From positions 127,038,001-127,102,000 of the forward strand of contig OX597817.1 of NCBI GenBank assembly GCA_951406725.2: DNA of 64,000 nucleotides, written 5' to 3'. How positions within the stretch are numbered: position 1 is the first letter of the stretch; each line of letters opens with the position of its first letter. Made by a program: the position numbers and the translations under genes. Below the pieces are notes generated by a model. That model was not told the DNA's origin. It searched no databases and worked only from the letters and a program-made list of their open reading frames with translations. Source of the stretch: Octopus vulgaris (Eukaryota). Of this stretch, positions 1-13,250 are shown piece after piece.

Positions 1-394
1 GAAGACGTGTGTCGATTATCTGCTGTCAGTTGCATCAAGCACACTTGGAATTATGCACATGTGAATGCTCTTAAGGGGGTAGAGGATCAGCCACTAATTC
101 ATTTGGTGGCTTCTCCATAGTTATTCCTGCAGAGATTCTTTTATTTTTGCATATTATTCAGTTTTGTTTTATGTAAGTATATATATATTACAGAGTTTTC
201 AGTAATCTCTGCATTTATTTACGAAATATTAATATTCTCAAAGTGCAAAGATTTTACAGTGGCATGCATCATTATATAATGATATATACACCCCCTCACA
301 AGTTCCTGTGCGATTTCTGTGACGTGATTTGTGTAAAAGGAGAATTTCTGTTGGCAAATGAAAGCATCATTATATTACTATTATTATTCATGAT

Positions 395-552
395 TGGCAT
401 TATTTCGTCCGTCTACATGTTCGAAGTTCGAATTCCTCAGAGATCGACTTTGCCTTTCATCCTTTCGAGTCGACAAATTAAGCCCCAGAGAAACTCTGGT
501 GTCAATGTATTCGACTAAACCCCCTCCCACAAAAATGTCAACTTTTGTGCCT
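395..552 (+). mobile_element. SINE family A, 5'-truncated and diverged (tRNA B-box-like GTTCGAATTCC + central GACTTTGCCTTTCATCCTTTCG domain)
   Basis: B-box-like motif near 427-436 and central motif recurring at 14030-14215; the central motif resembles the MetaSINE/Sauria-type conserved domain (recalled, not searched). Confidence 0.7.
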
Positions 553-557
553 TTGGA

Positions 558-737
<180 letters not shown>

Positions 738-1275
738 TTGACTGAAAGAGCAGTGCATGCCATTAAAGTGACAATGGGGTAAAGTATACGAAGCTTAGTA
801 TATCCATCATGACTACCTGTCTGATAAGTGTACACCAGGCACATGCATCACAACCATATGTGCGCGACATGGTGATCTCATGTCAAGATAAACAACGCAT
901 GACATTTCAGGAGGGACCTAGTTAGAATTTTCTTCTGGCCGAGTAACCCATCCCGTTCAAAAGGATTTTTTAAATATTTTGAACGAACCACCCATGTTTT
1001 CAAAGGTGATTTGTCCAAACCTCTAAGAATTCCTTTCAACACACGGCTATCATGCTCTCCTACTATTACTGCTCGTTATCAGAGATGCACATATCGTCAG
1101 CCACTAAGAGACATGCTCAACTGGTTAAGGTCAAACAACTGACAAGCTAATCTGTGGTGTTGAGAAGAGAATATTTGCTGTAGTCCGTCTTTTATACCAA
1201 GACAAACGAATGTACATGATAACATTTCCAATCAATTAAGATCAACAGCCATGAGAGCCACTGTCTGGTACTGTG
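738..1275 (-). mobile_element. ~540-bp non-coding interspersed repeat with (TAA)n tail (family T, copy 1)
   Basis: Colinear with 18014-18570 along its whole length; its 3' part recurs at 5266-5442. Confidence 0.9.
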
Positions 1276-1456
1276 GTTTACTGTGATGCTCTTATGGTTA
1301 CTGTATTGAATGTGTTTAGCGTAGGATGTGTGCAGTGCCCGGTAGTGCAAATTTCTGTATGTTATATATATTTGTAAGTCCTGGTATATTTGTTATGTAT
1401 TTTTCCCAACATTTTTTATCATACCTAATGTACCCACTATGATAGGAATTGATTCT
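1276..1456 (-). mobile_element. 3' fragment of an RLE-type non-LTR retrotransposon (R4/Dong-like ORF C-terminus)
   Basis: Minus strand reads IPIIVGTLGMIK...IPGLTNIYNIQKFALPGTAHILR (frameshifted), the same motif set as at 47780-48035 and 48142-48978. Confidence 0.7.
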
Positions 1457-1513
1457 TTATTATTATTATTGTTGTTGCTGTTGTTGTTGTTGTTTTTGTT
1501 ATTATTATTGTTA

Positions 1514-1575
<62 letters not shown>
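1457..1575. repeat. (ATT/GTT)n microsatellite
   Basis: Direct reading. Confidence 0.95.
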
Positions 1576-3819
1576 TCCGTTATCATCTTCATCACCGTTA
1601 ACATCATCATCAACAATAATGGTATTGATAGTCGACTTAGTTGTACGTGTAGAAACAGGCTTCTGTTGCAGCAGAAATATTTGTAACTGTGATTTGCTCA
1701 TACAACAATTAAAGTGCCATCAACAAGATGTAGATTGATACGCAACTGAAGCTACGTCTATTAAGGAAGCATTTAATGATCCTTATTTGATAGGTGAAAT
1801 ATCACCCTGAGTATATTAGTGCCAGCATTAATGTAGCATGCTTTGAATGTTCAAAAGAAAACAGACACATTCTGCATGTGCTGGTTGCAAATACAGCCGT
1901 TAAGACATAGAATTGTTGAAAATTTATAATGCATTACAAAGGAATACTAGAGGATATGGAATATTGGTAATCCTTGAATATCTGTAAATCTATAGAACTT
2001 GAAGAATCGAGAATTGTTACCATATGACAGATATTAATATCAGTGCCATATGGTTCTTGCTGCTGAAGCACTTATGTGTCATTACATTATGCATATTATT
2101 GATTTCTGACTGAAGTTCTGCGGCTATGAATTCGTCAACGAAAATGTATTTGAAATGGATTTGACTTCATTCTTGGACAAGTAGTTTTTGTGTTGTCTCT
2201 TAAAGGATGAAATGCAAATTTATATTCCATCGAATTCTAATAGGGACATGGGATTTACTGCAATAATCTAGTGTTTTAATTCATTTAATTTAATCTATAT
2301 ATTTTTATATTATGTAAAAGAATTTCCCTATGAAGAAACAATAGCTACACAAGGTCGAAAACTATTTTTCTTGAATTTCATGTGGAAGGTAATGCGAAAA
2401 TTTGTGGAATAGAAAATGATGTATAGTAACAAAATTGAACCTTGCATTGAGTATAGTAAAAGTCTGGATAAGGGGAGAATAAAGGCGCCCCTCATTCACA
2501 CTTTTACAACAGTTTACAGCAGTTTACCTCGCTTGCAATGTATAGAAAATAGCGTCATTATATCACAGATAGTGCAGCTAGAAGTCTAGTCCGTTAGAAA
2601 ATCTCTAAAGTGACATCTAAAATATAGTACTGTTGGTTGTGCATATGGTGATAAAGTAAATGGGTACAAGTCAAGATGTTGTGAGATAAATCTTAGCTGG
2701 TACTGTTTTAATGATACCGTAAACGGAATAAGCGTTGGAAACCAAAGTAGTGCAACACTTGAACCTGAATTCTAATAAAATGAAGTATAAAACAACAATT
2801 TTATAGAATTATTCTATTTCCTACTACAGAAACGAGGTACTGATTCCCCCATAGGAATATGGACACACATCATTATACATGGTTGTAGGTCGGTGGTTAG
2901 GAAATAGAAAATATAGACGGACATACGTTCCAGACATGATAGTCTGCAATGGCTTACTACTCAAGAGACATCTTAGTAATGTGAGTAAAATAATAGTGAG
3001 ATGTAAAATAAATACAAAACAATACATCATATGTGTTTGAGTGTGTATATGTGTATATGCGTGTGTGAATGTGTATGTGGTGCTGGTGAGGTTATATTTC
3101 AGGCGTATAAAGTCTCGATATGTATGAATATAAACGCAAATACACTTATTTACATATATACACAGATATATTGGTACAGTGTTGATCAGGGTATGAAAAT
3201 TTTATCAAATTACTTGTTACATCGAATTATTCAATGTAACTCTCCATAGTGTGCTGCGAAATTCGCATCGTTTTATATCAAACATTATAGAACGCAGTAA
3301 GTAACCGACGACTATATATTCTTAAACGGTATCTTTTGTTATACAAACACACACACACACATACACCACCGCAAACATGCACACACTCTCCCACCAATAT
3401 ATATTTTTTATTTATTGTGGAATAAAAATTCCGGCATAACAGGGGTTCAAATTTTTCTCAATGAAGAAATATATATTTTCATTTGGAGATAGTAGGTCCC
3501 TTAATCTCAGCATATAAAAATTCTTTTTTATATGGTAAGATGAAGGGGCCTACTATCTCTAAATGAAAATATATATATATACGGTCCAATTCTCCCGTAA
3601 CACGTCACTTCCGCTCGGCCAGACATTCCCCCGATGACATCTCTGTGTTTGGTCTCGCCCCACACAACGGTCCTCCACAATCCAGGCTTCATTTCCACTA
3701 TCATTTTCACTCTACAGACCAATACCCCACACGGACTCAACACAGACCCTTCCTCTTAGTGACTGCACACCACCTCTCCCCACTAGCAACTTTTTTTTAA
3801 ATATTTTGTCCTTATACAG

Positions 3820-5255
3820 AAACACACACACACCCATACTCACGTATCCACGAACACACCTACTTTCAACACACCACATACATACAACCTACATGCACAT
3901 GTACGCACACATACTCCCACACCTATACACACACCCACGCGCACACACACATGCCCGTACACACACACCAACAAACAATACTCATACAGATACGCACACT
4001 CTTATAAACACCTAGCAGAGACACACACACATAAACGCACGTAAGCGCACACACGCACAGAAGCACGCGCATGTACATTACGCCCACACAACTCCAGAAA
4101 CTCACGCACACACGCATACATTCACACACACACATACATACGTACATACACATACATACATACATTCATACATACATACACACACATACACACACACGCA
4201 TACACACATACACACATATACATACATACATACATACACACATACACACACATATACATACACACATACATACATGCATACATAGATACATATATACATA
4301 CGCACACACATACACACATACACACATACACACATACATACATACATACATACATACAAACATACACACACACATACATACATACAGACACACATACATA
4401 CATACACACACACACATACACATATACACACACACACATACATACATACATACATGCATATGGGGTTGGCTGTATTGCAGGCGTGCGTCAGTGTGTGTAT
4501 GTATGTGCCTGTGGATTCACATACACCCACACCAATTTTTTTCCATCAGTCTTTCAATTATAAAGTGTGTGCTTGCATACATATATATACATACATATAA
4601 ACATATAAACACACATATAAACCTCTACATTTGTACACACACGCACATATATACATACATTCACTCGCACGCACGTACAGACATACGCACACACACAGAC
4701 AAATTTACATATATATACAATACACGCAAAAACACATATACACATACAGACACACACAAATTCACATACACACCGACACATATACATACACACAATATAT
4801 ACCTACACGCGCACGCACACATACACATACGTACACACATATAAGCACAGACACACACACACTCATACGCACACAAAAACATGCGCACACATACGCACGC
4901 GCACACGCACACCAATGCACAAACCCCACGGATACACGCATATAATCCATATACACTTACGCACACATACAAACGCACACATACACGCACACACAACTAC
5001 ACGCACATACACACACACACACACAAATCAACCCACACATACACCTCATACACACGGCACACAATTATACATACATATATATACACACACACGCATGTAC
5101 AAGCACACACGCACAAATACACTAAGTTAAGCACAGTTACTCGCCACACACCCAAACTCTACGCATACACACACGAACACACACATACACACACACACAC
5201 ACACTACGAACAAAACACACACATGATACATATACATACACGCACACACATACCT
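3820..5255. repeat. ~1.4 kb degenerate (CA/TA/CATA)n purine-pyrimidine low-complexity tract
   Basis: Direct reading; source of the His/Thr/Tyr and Val/Cys/Met pseudo-ORFs. Confidence 0.95.
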
Positions 5256-5265
5256 CTTTGTTTTT

Positions 5266-5447
5266 TACCTGCAAGGTCATGCGCTGTTTATCTTGTTATG
5301 AGATCACCATGTCGCGCACATATGGTTGTGATGCATGTGCCTGGTGTACCCTTATCAGACGGGTAGTCATGATGGGTATACTGGGCTTCGTATATTTGTA
5401 CCCCAGTGTCACTTTGATGGCATGCACTGCTCTTTCAGTCAATGATA

Positions 5448-5527
<80 letters not shown>
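5266..5527 (+). mobile_element. 5'-truncated copy of family T element with (AAT)n tail
   Basis: 5266-5442 is the reverse complement of the ends of 738-1275 and 18014-18570, followed by (AAT)n. Confidence 0.88.
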
Positions 5528-5688
5528 TATAGCAACAGCAACATCGAAAATACACTAGGAACGTGAACCCAAGTTCAAAATTTCCTCCAAGACATCAAAT
5601 GAAGGCTGGTGGGTATATCAGCTGAAACGTTGTGTTAACAAGCCAGATGAGGACAAATACCCGTCAAATGTAAGTAATGTAAATAAGG
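5528..5688 (+). mobile_element. Short hammerhead-bearing element family H2, partial copy
   Basis: Similar to the reverse complement of 45230-45380. Confidence 0.75.
5591..5636 (+). ncRNA. Decayed minimal type-I hammerhead ribozyme (H2)
   Basis: gacat-CAAATGA-a-ggctg...cagct-GAAA-cgtt-gtgtt; the core is mutated relative to CTGAAGA in the 45278-45323 copy. Confidence 0.55.
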
Positions 5689-7067
5689 AGATTTAATGTT
5701 CTTCACCTTTCAGGTTAACAGCTAGAAACAAATATTGAAACTATTGGAGTTTCAAGGTGTGAACTTGTTTCCCAATGGAATTAAATACGACAGTGATAAA
5801 GAGAGACGATTAGTAGTAGAAACATCTATGCAAGGTTCGAAATTGCACAGTACTTTCCACAGGACTTCAGCATACTTGTGAGTGACTTAAAATTAATCTG
5901 TTGCATAACTTATCAGTGAATGCTGTATATGATATCTGCATGCGGGACAGATGTCCTGCTGTTTAATCGCAAGAATTCCCGCATCCCTTGTCTCACCTCT
6001 GCTTTATAACGTGTCATATAGACAAGGTAATTACTGCAGTGTTAACCTCATTCCTACTAAATATAGTACTTCCATTAATATATGCCAGAAAGAATTTCCA
6101 TATTGTTTGACATATGCATCGTTCGCTTTTTACATCACCATAATCAATGTGTATACAGATGATCCAGAGAAAGGACATGGTCATTTGATATGTTAGATAG
6201 AGCAAATGATATAAATACGTTAAAGTAAAACCCTGTTTCAAAGCTGAACTATCAGGTGCAATTATTTTAATATAAGGCGGGATAATCATGTTCTAATATT
6301 TTACTTTACGTTAAATATGCTTGCTTGTTTGATGGTGGTTGAGTTGAGTTTAAAAACTAACTACAGCAACAGAGTCAACAGCATGCAAAAAAACGCATAG
6401 TGAAGAAGATTAGACGGTTTGAAAATAGAATAACTAACGAGATAACGTATCTATAGTGTACGTATATATATTTTCAAATAGTCTAATTTCTGAATCTACA
6501 TAAGTGCAGAAAAAAGCATTTAAACACAGATATCTTTAATGGGCTCTTTCCAATTCATTTTCCAGTGCTGGCAGGTAATTTTCACGCTATTGTAATATGA
6601 TACACCCAATAGATCACTTTTTCTCAGGCTCTAATTTATACATTCATCAGTCATTCTACTAATTCCGCTGCTTGGTCTTCAATACACATGGTGATACTCT
6701 GCTGGACAATTCACCTGATTAGATTGGGTTCACAATGTCGTTGACTTTCATTTCTGAATACTAATTCATCTGACGTGAGTTCTTGTAAACCAATTAGGTC
6801 TAGAATCTTTTAAAAGACTTCCGTTTGAGTTGTAAACTTTGGACGCTGCCTAGTTTAATATAAAAGGTGGATTGATCACATAATTACCGTTGGCCGACAC
6901 ACACCTGTTATAATATGCTATACGCTATGTTCCAGAATCAGTTTTCATCAGAGGGAGTAATCTTAGAGACGTTTCTGAATAAGTGGTATATATATACATA
7001 TATATTTATATATATATATATATAGAGAGAGAGAGAAATATATATATATATAGATATATATTCATAC

Positions 7068-7138
<71 letters not shown>

Positions 7139-7165
7139 TATTCATACATATATATATATACATAT

Positions 7166-7376
7166 ATTCAAAATGTGACCGCGTGTGTACCGTTGGCGAT
7201 TTTTTTCGTCTGTTTTCCCTTCTCTCGATCCTTCCTTCTATGTTTCTGACGAAGAGCTCCGCTCGAAACGTTAATCCCTCCTTCTTCCCTTCCTTCCTGA
7301 GCGTCCAATAATACTATATTTGTTCCACGTCCTCGCACTGTTGTGTTTTCTCCTTGTGTTTTCATGTTTGGATTAA

Positions 7377-7380
<4 letters not shown>
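7166..7380 (+). mobile_element. Short hammerhead-bearing element family H1 (PLE pseudo-LTR/retrozyme-like), flanked by TA-rich repeats
   Basis: Second copy inverted at 32215-32455; no coding capacity. Confidence 0.8.
7242..7276 (+). ncRNA. Minimal type-I hammerhead ribozyme (H1), intact core
   Basis: gttt-CTGACGA-a-GAGC-tcc-GCTC-GAAA-cgtt-aatc: both core boxes present, perfect helix II, palindromic ACGT helix III, one mismatch in helix I. Confidence 0.75.
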
Positions 7381-7411
<31 letters not shown>

Positions 7412-7414
<3 letters not shown>

Positions 7415-7625
7415 GGTAATGCCAAGTGCGCTCTTTGTAATATGGAAAGATGGCTCACCTGGAAATGTTTCTGGGACCCCGCTACATGCCTAGATTCAAG
7501 AACTGAACTTTTGGGATCATATCCGCTTGTGATGAAATACAAGTTACGTTTCTGGGCCATCCCAGGGTCACGGCTAGAGTCCACATTTTTGCTGTCCCAG
7601 CAAAAGCTTCTTATATGTCTTAACG
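7412..7625 (+). mobile_element. Penelope-like element 3' fragment (C-terminus downstream of the GIY-YIG motifs)
   Basis: GNAKCALCNME...CLDSRTELLGSYP matches the CxLC...LNxRxE...C pattern also seen at 55610-55790. Confidence 0.6.
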
Positions 7626-8254
7626 TCTTTTCATTTATTTCATTTTATATATGTATTTTTTCCTTTTTTTCCCTTTTCAATTCTGTGAATGTGTACGTGT
7701 GAGTATATGTATATGTATGTATATATTTTATATATGTGTGTACGTGTGTATATATGTGTATATGCATGCATATGTATATGCGTGTGTGTCCGGTGCATAA
7801 GTGCGATTTCATGCACACGTCCCCTTCATTTATTTGAATGTGCCTATGTTTGTATATGAGCGGATATAGGTATATGAAAGGAGGATGTATATATATACAT
7901 TTATATATATATATGTATATATGTATATATATATGTATATATATATATATATATACATCTATATATATATATATATGTGTGTATATGTATATATATATAT
8001 ACATATATATATGTATGTATATATATACACTCACATATATATATATATATATATTTATAAGAGTATATATATATATATAAATGGAGAGAGAGCGATAGGT
8101 ATAGGTTATGAGAGGTAATGGTGTCAGTAAGACCCAAAGGTATCAGGTAATACTGAGTAAGAGCAGCGGATAGAATATAGTAAGCTCCAGGTTCGGTGAT
8201 TATGTGAATAAGGAGGCCAAGATAGGTCATATATCAGCGTGTGCATATATAAAA

Positions 8255-9025
8255 TTATTTTTCAGAACGAGACAATAAAAACCGAGGCTGTGTAGATTTC
8301 AGAACATTTATAAATAAGTCTTACAGCCGTTTCCAGGATATTTATTATATCCCTTCATCGGTGACGGTGTGAGAAGATGGTTAAGCAAAAATTAATTTAG
8401 ATAAGATACGAAATAGAGAGTGAAGTGGGGGAATGAAAATAGATGTGAGTTATGCAAGGATATTGCATTTGTAGATCCATTATTTGGGCAGAATTGTATG
8501 CATATAAGTTTCAAATAACTTGTGAGTAAAATCCAATAGTATCTCAAATTGGCCATTCCAAATATAGAGTTTGTACACATTGCTATTGAATCAAGTGTTT
8601 TATTTAAAGTGACCTAAAAGTAGGGAATGTATTCGTAATGTTAGATCGAAAGCAGGAAGAGAAGAATAAAGCAAAGACAAAAAGAGAAGAAAAAAGAGAA
8701 ATAATAGGAAGAGAGGAATAAACAAAATAAAGAAAAAAGAAAAAGAGAAATAATAAGGGCAAGTTTACCAGTTAGTGGTCAGTCAAGATAATTTGAAAGT
8801 AGGAATAGGGAGATAAGAGTGATAGAGAGAGAAAAGTATTAGAGTGTAGAATAATAGAAGGAATGGGGGTGATAGAGAAAGAAGTATAAAAAGTAAAGGA
8901 GTGTCAATTATATAGTGATAGTGTCTAAGTGATGGGACAGAGAGAGGGGTAGAAGTATGGGATGAAGAATTTAGGGATATAGATTAGTTGGTTGGAGAGG
9001 TCAATGCTTAGTAGTAGAAGGAAAT
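8255..9025 (-). mobile_element. Hammerhead-bearing non-coding element family H3, copy 1
   Basis: Inverted-repeat partner of 9398-9935 over several blocks. Confidence 0.8.
8318..8365 (-). ncRNA. Hammerhead ribozyme-like motif (H3, U4C variant)
   Basis: Minus strand: gtca-CCGATGA-a-GGGATAT-aataa-ATATCCT-g-GAAA-cggctg-TA-agac. Confidence 0.6.
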
Positions 9026-9074
9026 ATATATGTGAAGATGTAAATATATGTATATATTAGATATGTACATATCT

Positions 9075-9132
<58 letters not shown>

Positions 9133-9397
9133 ATACAGATGTTTATACATATCAATATCTACATATACAACTCGTACTCATGTGTATATGCACATATGCA
9201 CACCCATATATACGCGTATCTGTTTGTACTATCGCCCCTGTATACGCAGATATACATACCTTGCATACATACATATATTCACACCTACATATATACATGC
9301 ATATACACACACATACATATTCACGAACATATGCAAGCACCCATATACACATGAATATAATCAGATGATTGTGATATTCGAGTATGAGTGTGGAATT

Positions 9398-9935
9398 AGA
9401 TCACGTAGACCCTATCACTACATACCTGACACTCCTATACTTTTTATTCTTTTCTCTCTCTCTCTATCACCCCATTACTTCTATATTTTTACACTCTATC
9501 TTTATATCCTATCTTTTCCTTTATTCCTCCCGTCGTGTGTTCGGTTTGACCTCACAAATACATTCCCTACTTTTAGATCATTTTTAATAAAACCCTTGAT
9601 TCAATAACACTGTGTACAAACACTATACTTGGAATGACCAAATGTAAATACCGTTGGATTTTACTCACAAGATATTGGAATCTTATATGTATACCATTCT
9701 GCTTAAATAATAGATCAACAAATTCAATATCCCTGCATATCTCACATCTATTTTCATTGCTCCTATTCACTCTCTATTTTGTATCTTATCTATATAAACT
9801 ATTGCTTAACCATCTTCTCACACCGTCTCCGATGAAGGCACATAATAAATGTTATGGAAACAGCTGTAAGACCTATTTATAAATGTTCTAAACTCTCCAC
9901 AGCCTTGTTTTTTTTATCTCATTCTGAAAAAAAAG
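9398..9935 (+). mobile_element. Hammerhead-bearing non-coding element family H3, copy 2
   Basis: Reverse-complement similarity to 8255-8935. Confidence 0.8.
9825..9872 (+). ncRNA. Hammerhead ribozyme-like motif (H3, U4C variant, helix II partly decayed)
   Basis: gtct-CCGATGA-a-ggcacat-aataa-atgttat-g-GAAA-CAGCTG-TA-agac; helix I gtct/agac is perfect. Confidence 0.6.
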
Positions 9936-10065
9936 CATTATATATATATATATATAGTCAATCGAAACATGAACAAGCAATATATATATACACGTATATA
10001 CATATATATATATGTACATATATATATATATGTATATACGTGTATGCGGGAGTGTGAATATATTC

Positions 10066-10116
<51 letters not shown>

Positions 10117-10307
10117 CATGTGTGCGCGTGTATGTACGTGTGCGTACATGCACATATATGTTTGTCTATGTACATGTGAGAATATATTTGCGTGTAATTT
10201 TTTATCTTTTTCTGTTTTCTTTTTCTGTTAGAATAACTTCCTTTCATTAATTGGTTTTCATAGCAGCAATTGCCATTGCCATTGATAGCCGATGAGAATG
10301 CATATAA

Positions 10308-10383
<76 letters not shown>

Positions 10384-10419
10384 TTGTATATGTGTGTGTG
10401 TGTGCGTATGTGTCCGAGT

Positions 10420-10860
10420 GCTGAATAGTAAAGTTCGGATAAAACCAATCGCATGTGCAACCAAACATGAAGAAAGACTCAGCTATACAAATAAATACAA
10501 TGCTAATAGCTTGAACACGGCAACCACTTTAATAGTACCAGGATCACTATTCCAGTACACCTAAACTTTAAAAGATATTTGTTGACTGCCCTCCAGTAAC
10601 AACACACTCTGTTAAGCTCAGAGACTACTCCTAAACTCAGGCCACGACAGACTGAGAGGATATTCTTGAAGCCGAAGAATTTAAACTTGCAGAGACAATA
10701 TTTACATATCGCCCCGAGGAAACACAACTAGATCTCATAACGCAAAGAAATAGTTTCATAATCATGTATCTGCACACCTGCATTGTGTGGAAACAATTGT
10801 AGTGATTAAAAATAAATGTCAAACCGCACCCCTTCTTGTTGACTCCAATCTTTTCGGTTA
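10420..10860 (+). mobile_element. Possible highly decayed PLE GIY-YIG fragment
   Basis: Only a weak DILEAEEFK segment resembling the R..LEA..I helix of GIY-YIG; unique-complexity island between microsatellites. Confidence 0.3.
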
Positions 10861-10870
10861 CACACACACA

Positions 10871-10944
<74 letters not shown>

Positions 10945-11896
10945 TTTGTGATATATTCAATTGTCTTAACTAGCAACGAAATTTAAGGGAATTTATTTCA
11001 CTGTTTATCACTGCAATTCTTTAAATTTCATTTTGAATCAGGTTATGTTGAGCGTTTATATCCTATAATATAAAATCTAATGCTTACGATGGCAAAATAT
11101 CTCCTCTTATGTATAATATATCATTTTGTATATAGTATATAATATATAATATTTAATATATAATATACAAAATACATATAACACATATACAGAAAATTAT
11201 TTTTGTGAGCGCGCCATTAAGAACAGTAACAATAAGATTTCCCTGTTTATAGATCCGTTTTGCTTGCGAAATTGGGTATATATAATTATGTGTGCATGAT
11301 TCCACTTCATGTGCATTTCACACAATGATCTGCAAAATTTACTATAACAACTGATTAAGTAACTGCAGGGATCGAAGAAATATCGGAAAATTATAAAGTT
11401 TGAAATTCTTACTACCTATATGAAAAACCAATATGCTATAAATTGTTTGTGCCACGGAACCAAACATTCATAGCATAATTTAGGAAAAAGCTGTAATAGC
11501 ATTAGTGATACGAAAAAATAATTCATATATATATATATATATATGTGCGCATGTATATATGTATATATGTATGTATGTATGCATGTATGTATGCATGTAT
11601 ACATATATGTGTGTGTATGTTTGCGTGTTTGTATGTGTATGTACATATATATGTATATATATATGTAAATAAACAGAATGGATATTCGTGCCGACACTTA
11701 AGAGACGATTCACACTGCAGAGTGTTCAGTTGCGTAGAAAGACGCGAAGGCTGTCGTATTTGATCTAACACGTTTATTTTCCTCTCTTTAACAATAGATA
11801 TATGTGCCTTTGCATATACTCATGTATGCGAATATATATGTGCATAATAAATCTCGCACACACACACATATATGTATGCGTGTATATATATGTGTG

Positions 11897-11978
<82 letters not shown>

Positions 11979-13213
11979 TATGCACATATATATTCAGAGA
12001 GATAGACAGACGTGGTAATTCTAATGTCAAACCACGGAAGAAAAAAGTTAGAGAAAAGTCATGTATCCAGCTTGTAATGCAGTCTAGGTGATGCATAGTT
12101 CTGTTTTCTTATTTGTATGAATCCCAGTGTATGATAATGTCTATATCACATGCCTCGAAACAATATTGCATTCTCTAAAACCATAGGTTGTCTTTTGCAT
12201 TATTAAATCTGATAAGTGTTTTGTATTCCCAAGTTGGTCTAACTTGCAGTTATGAAGGTAGATGGAAAACTTTAGAAATTACTTTTATATCTTCTTTAAT
12301 TTCTACGTCTAAATAGATTTATACTTGTATGTTTGTATTCTCTGTTTGTGCTTGACATATAGTTTAAATGCACCTGTGTATACGCGTGTATGTGTGTGTG
12401 CTTTTGTTTGTACCATACTATGTACATATTTCACTGTGTTTTGCACATTAAATATAAAATTGTCTTAGGAAACAAGTGTCGTATTCTTCACTGGCATATT
12501 TCTTGAAATATGATATTTCTGTTCTTGAAAATTTTCAGCATCTCTGGGACGACATTTATTTTATAATCATTAAATTTTGAAGTCCGAGCACGTTAACATA
12601 ATCTAATCGCTCACCACGACTTGTAAGGTATCTCACCTGTCAGATTTCATCAATATATAACGACTAGAAAAATATTAGAGCAGATCATGCAGTCGCTTCA
12701 CATCAAGCGCAGCTACACATATATATCCATTATCATAACACAATGCTATAAATTCAGTATAGAATTCTTCCTAAACGGATGATTCATTATTTTCCATTTA
12801 GTTTCAATATTTCAGCTTTTGTTCGTGTTTTAAATCTTCGATTTGTAATGGCAACACACAGAGTTTTTCAATAGATTCTTCTATGGATTAACATAGTGTA
12901 AAGTAAACAGCAAGTAGTCAGAATATATGGCTAAAGATGGAATGAGGATTTCGAAATCTTACAACAGATTTAACTTTAATTGTTATACGATTAATTGTTT
13001 TCGTATTATGTTTACGTATTAACTGTCGTTATTTTAGTCAGTTTATCTTACTCTTCAATTGATGATAATTTGCGTATAGCTCTCTGGTCTTCCGTTGTTA
13101 GCTTCACATCTTGGTACCGTGTTCGATATGACTGCGCAGGTCATTTTTACTTTTACACTATAACCCTAGGATTATTTACACACGCACACCCTCACTTACC
13201 CACATACAGACAG

Positions 13214-13250
<37 letters not shown>

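Noticed and set aside
1-120. Open frame EDVCRLSAVSCIKHTWNYAHVNALKGVEDQPLIHLVASP* at the window edge, possible terminal exon
   Set aside because: Only 39 codons, no recognisable domain, upstream context not visible
6925-6955. Minus-strand CTGATGA near 6944-6950 as another hammerhead
   Set aside because: No paired helix II and no properly placed GAAA box
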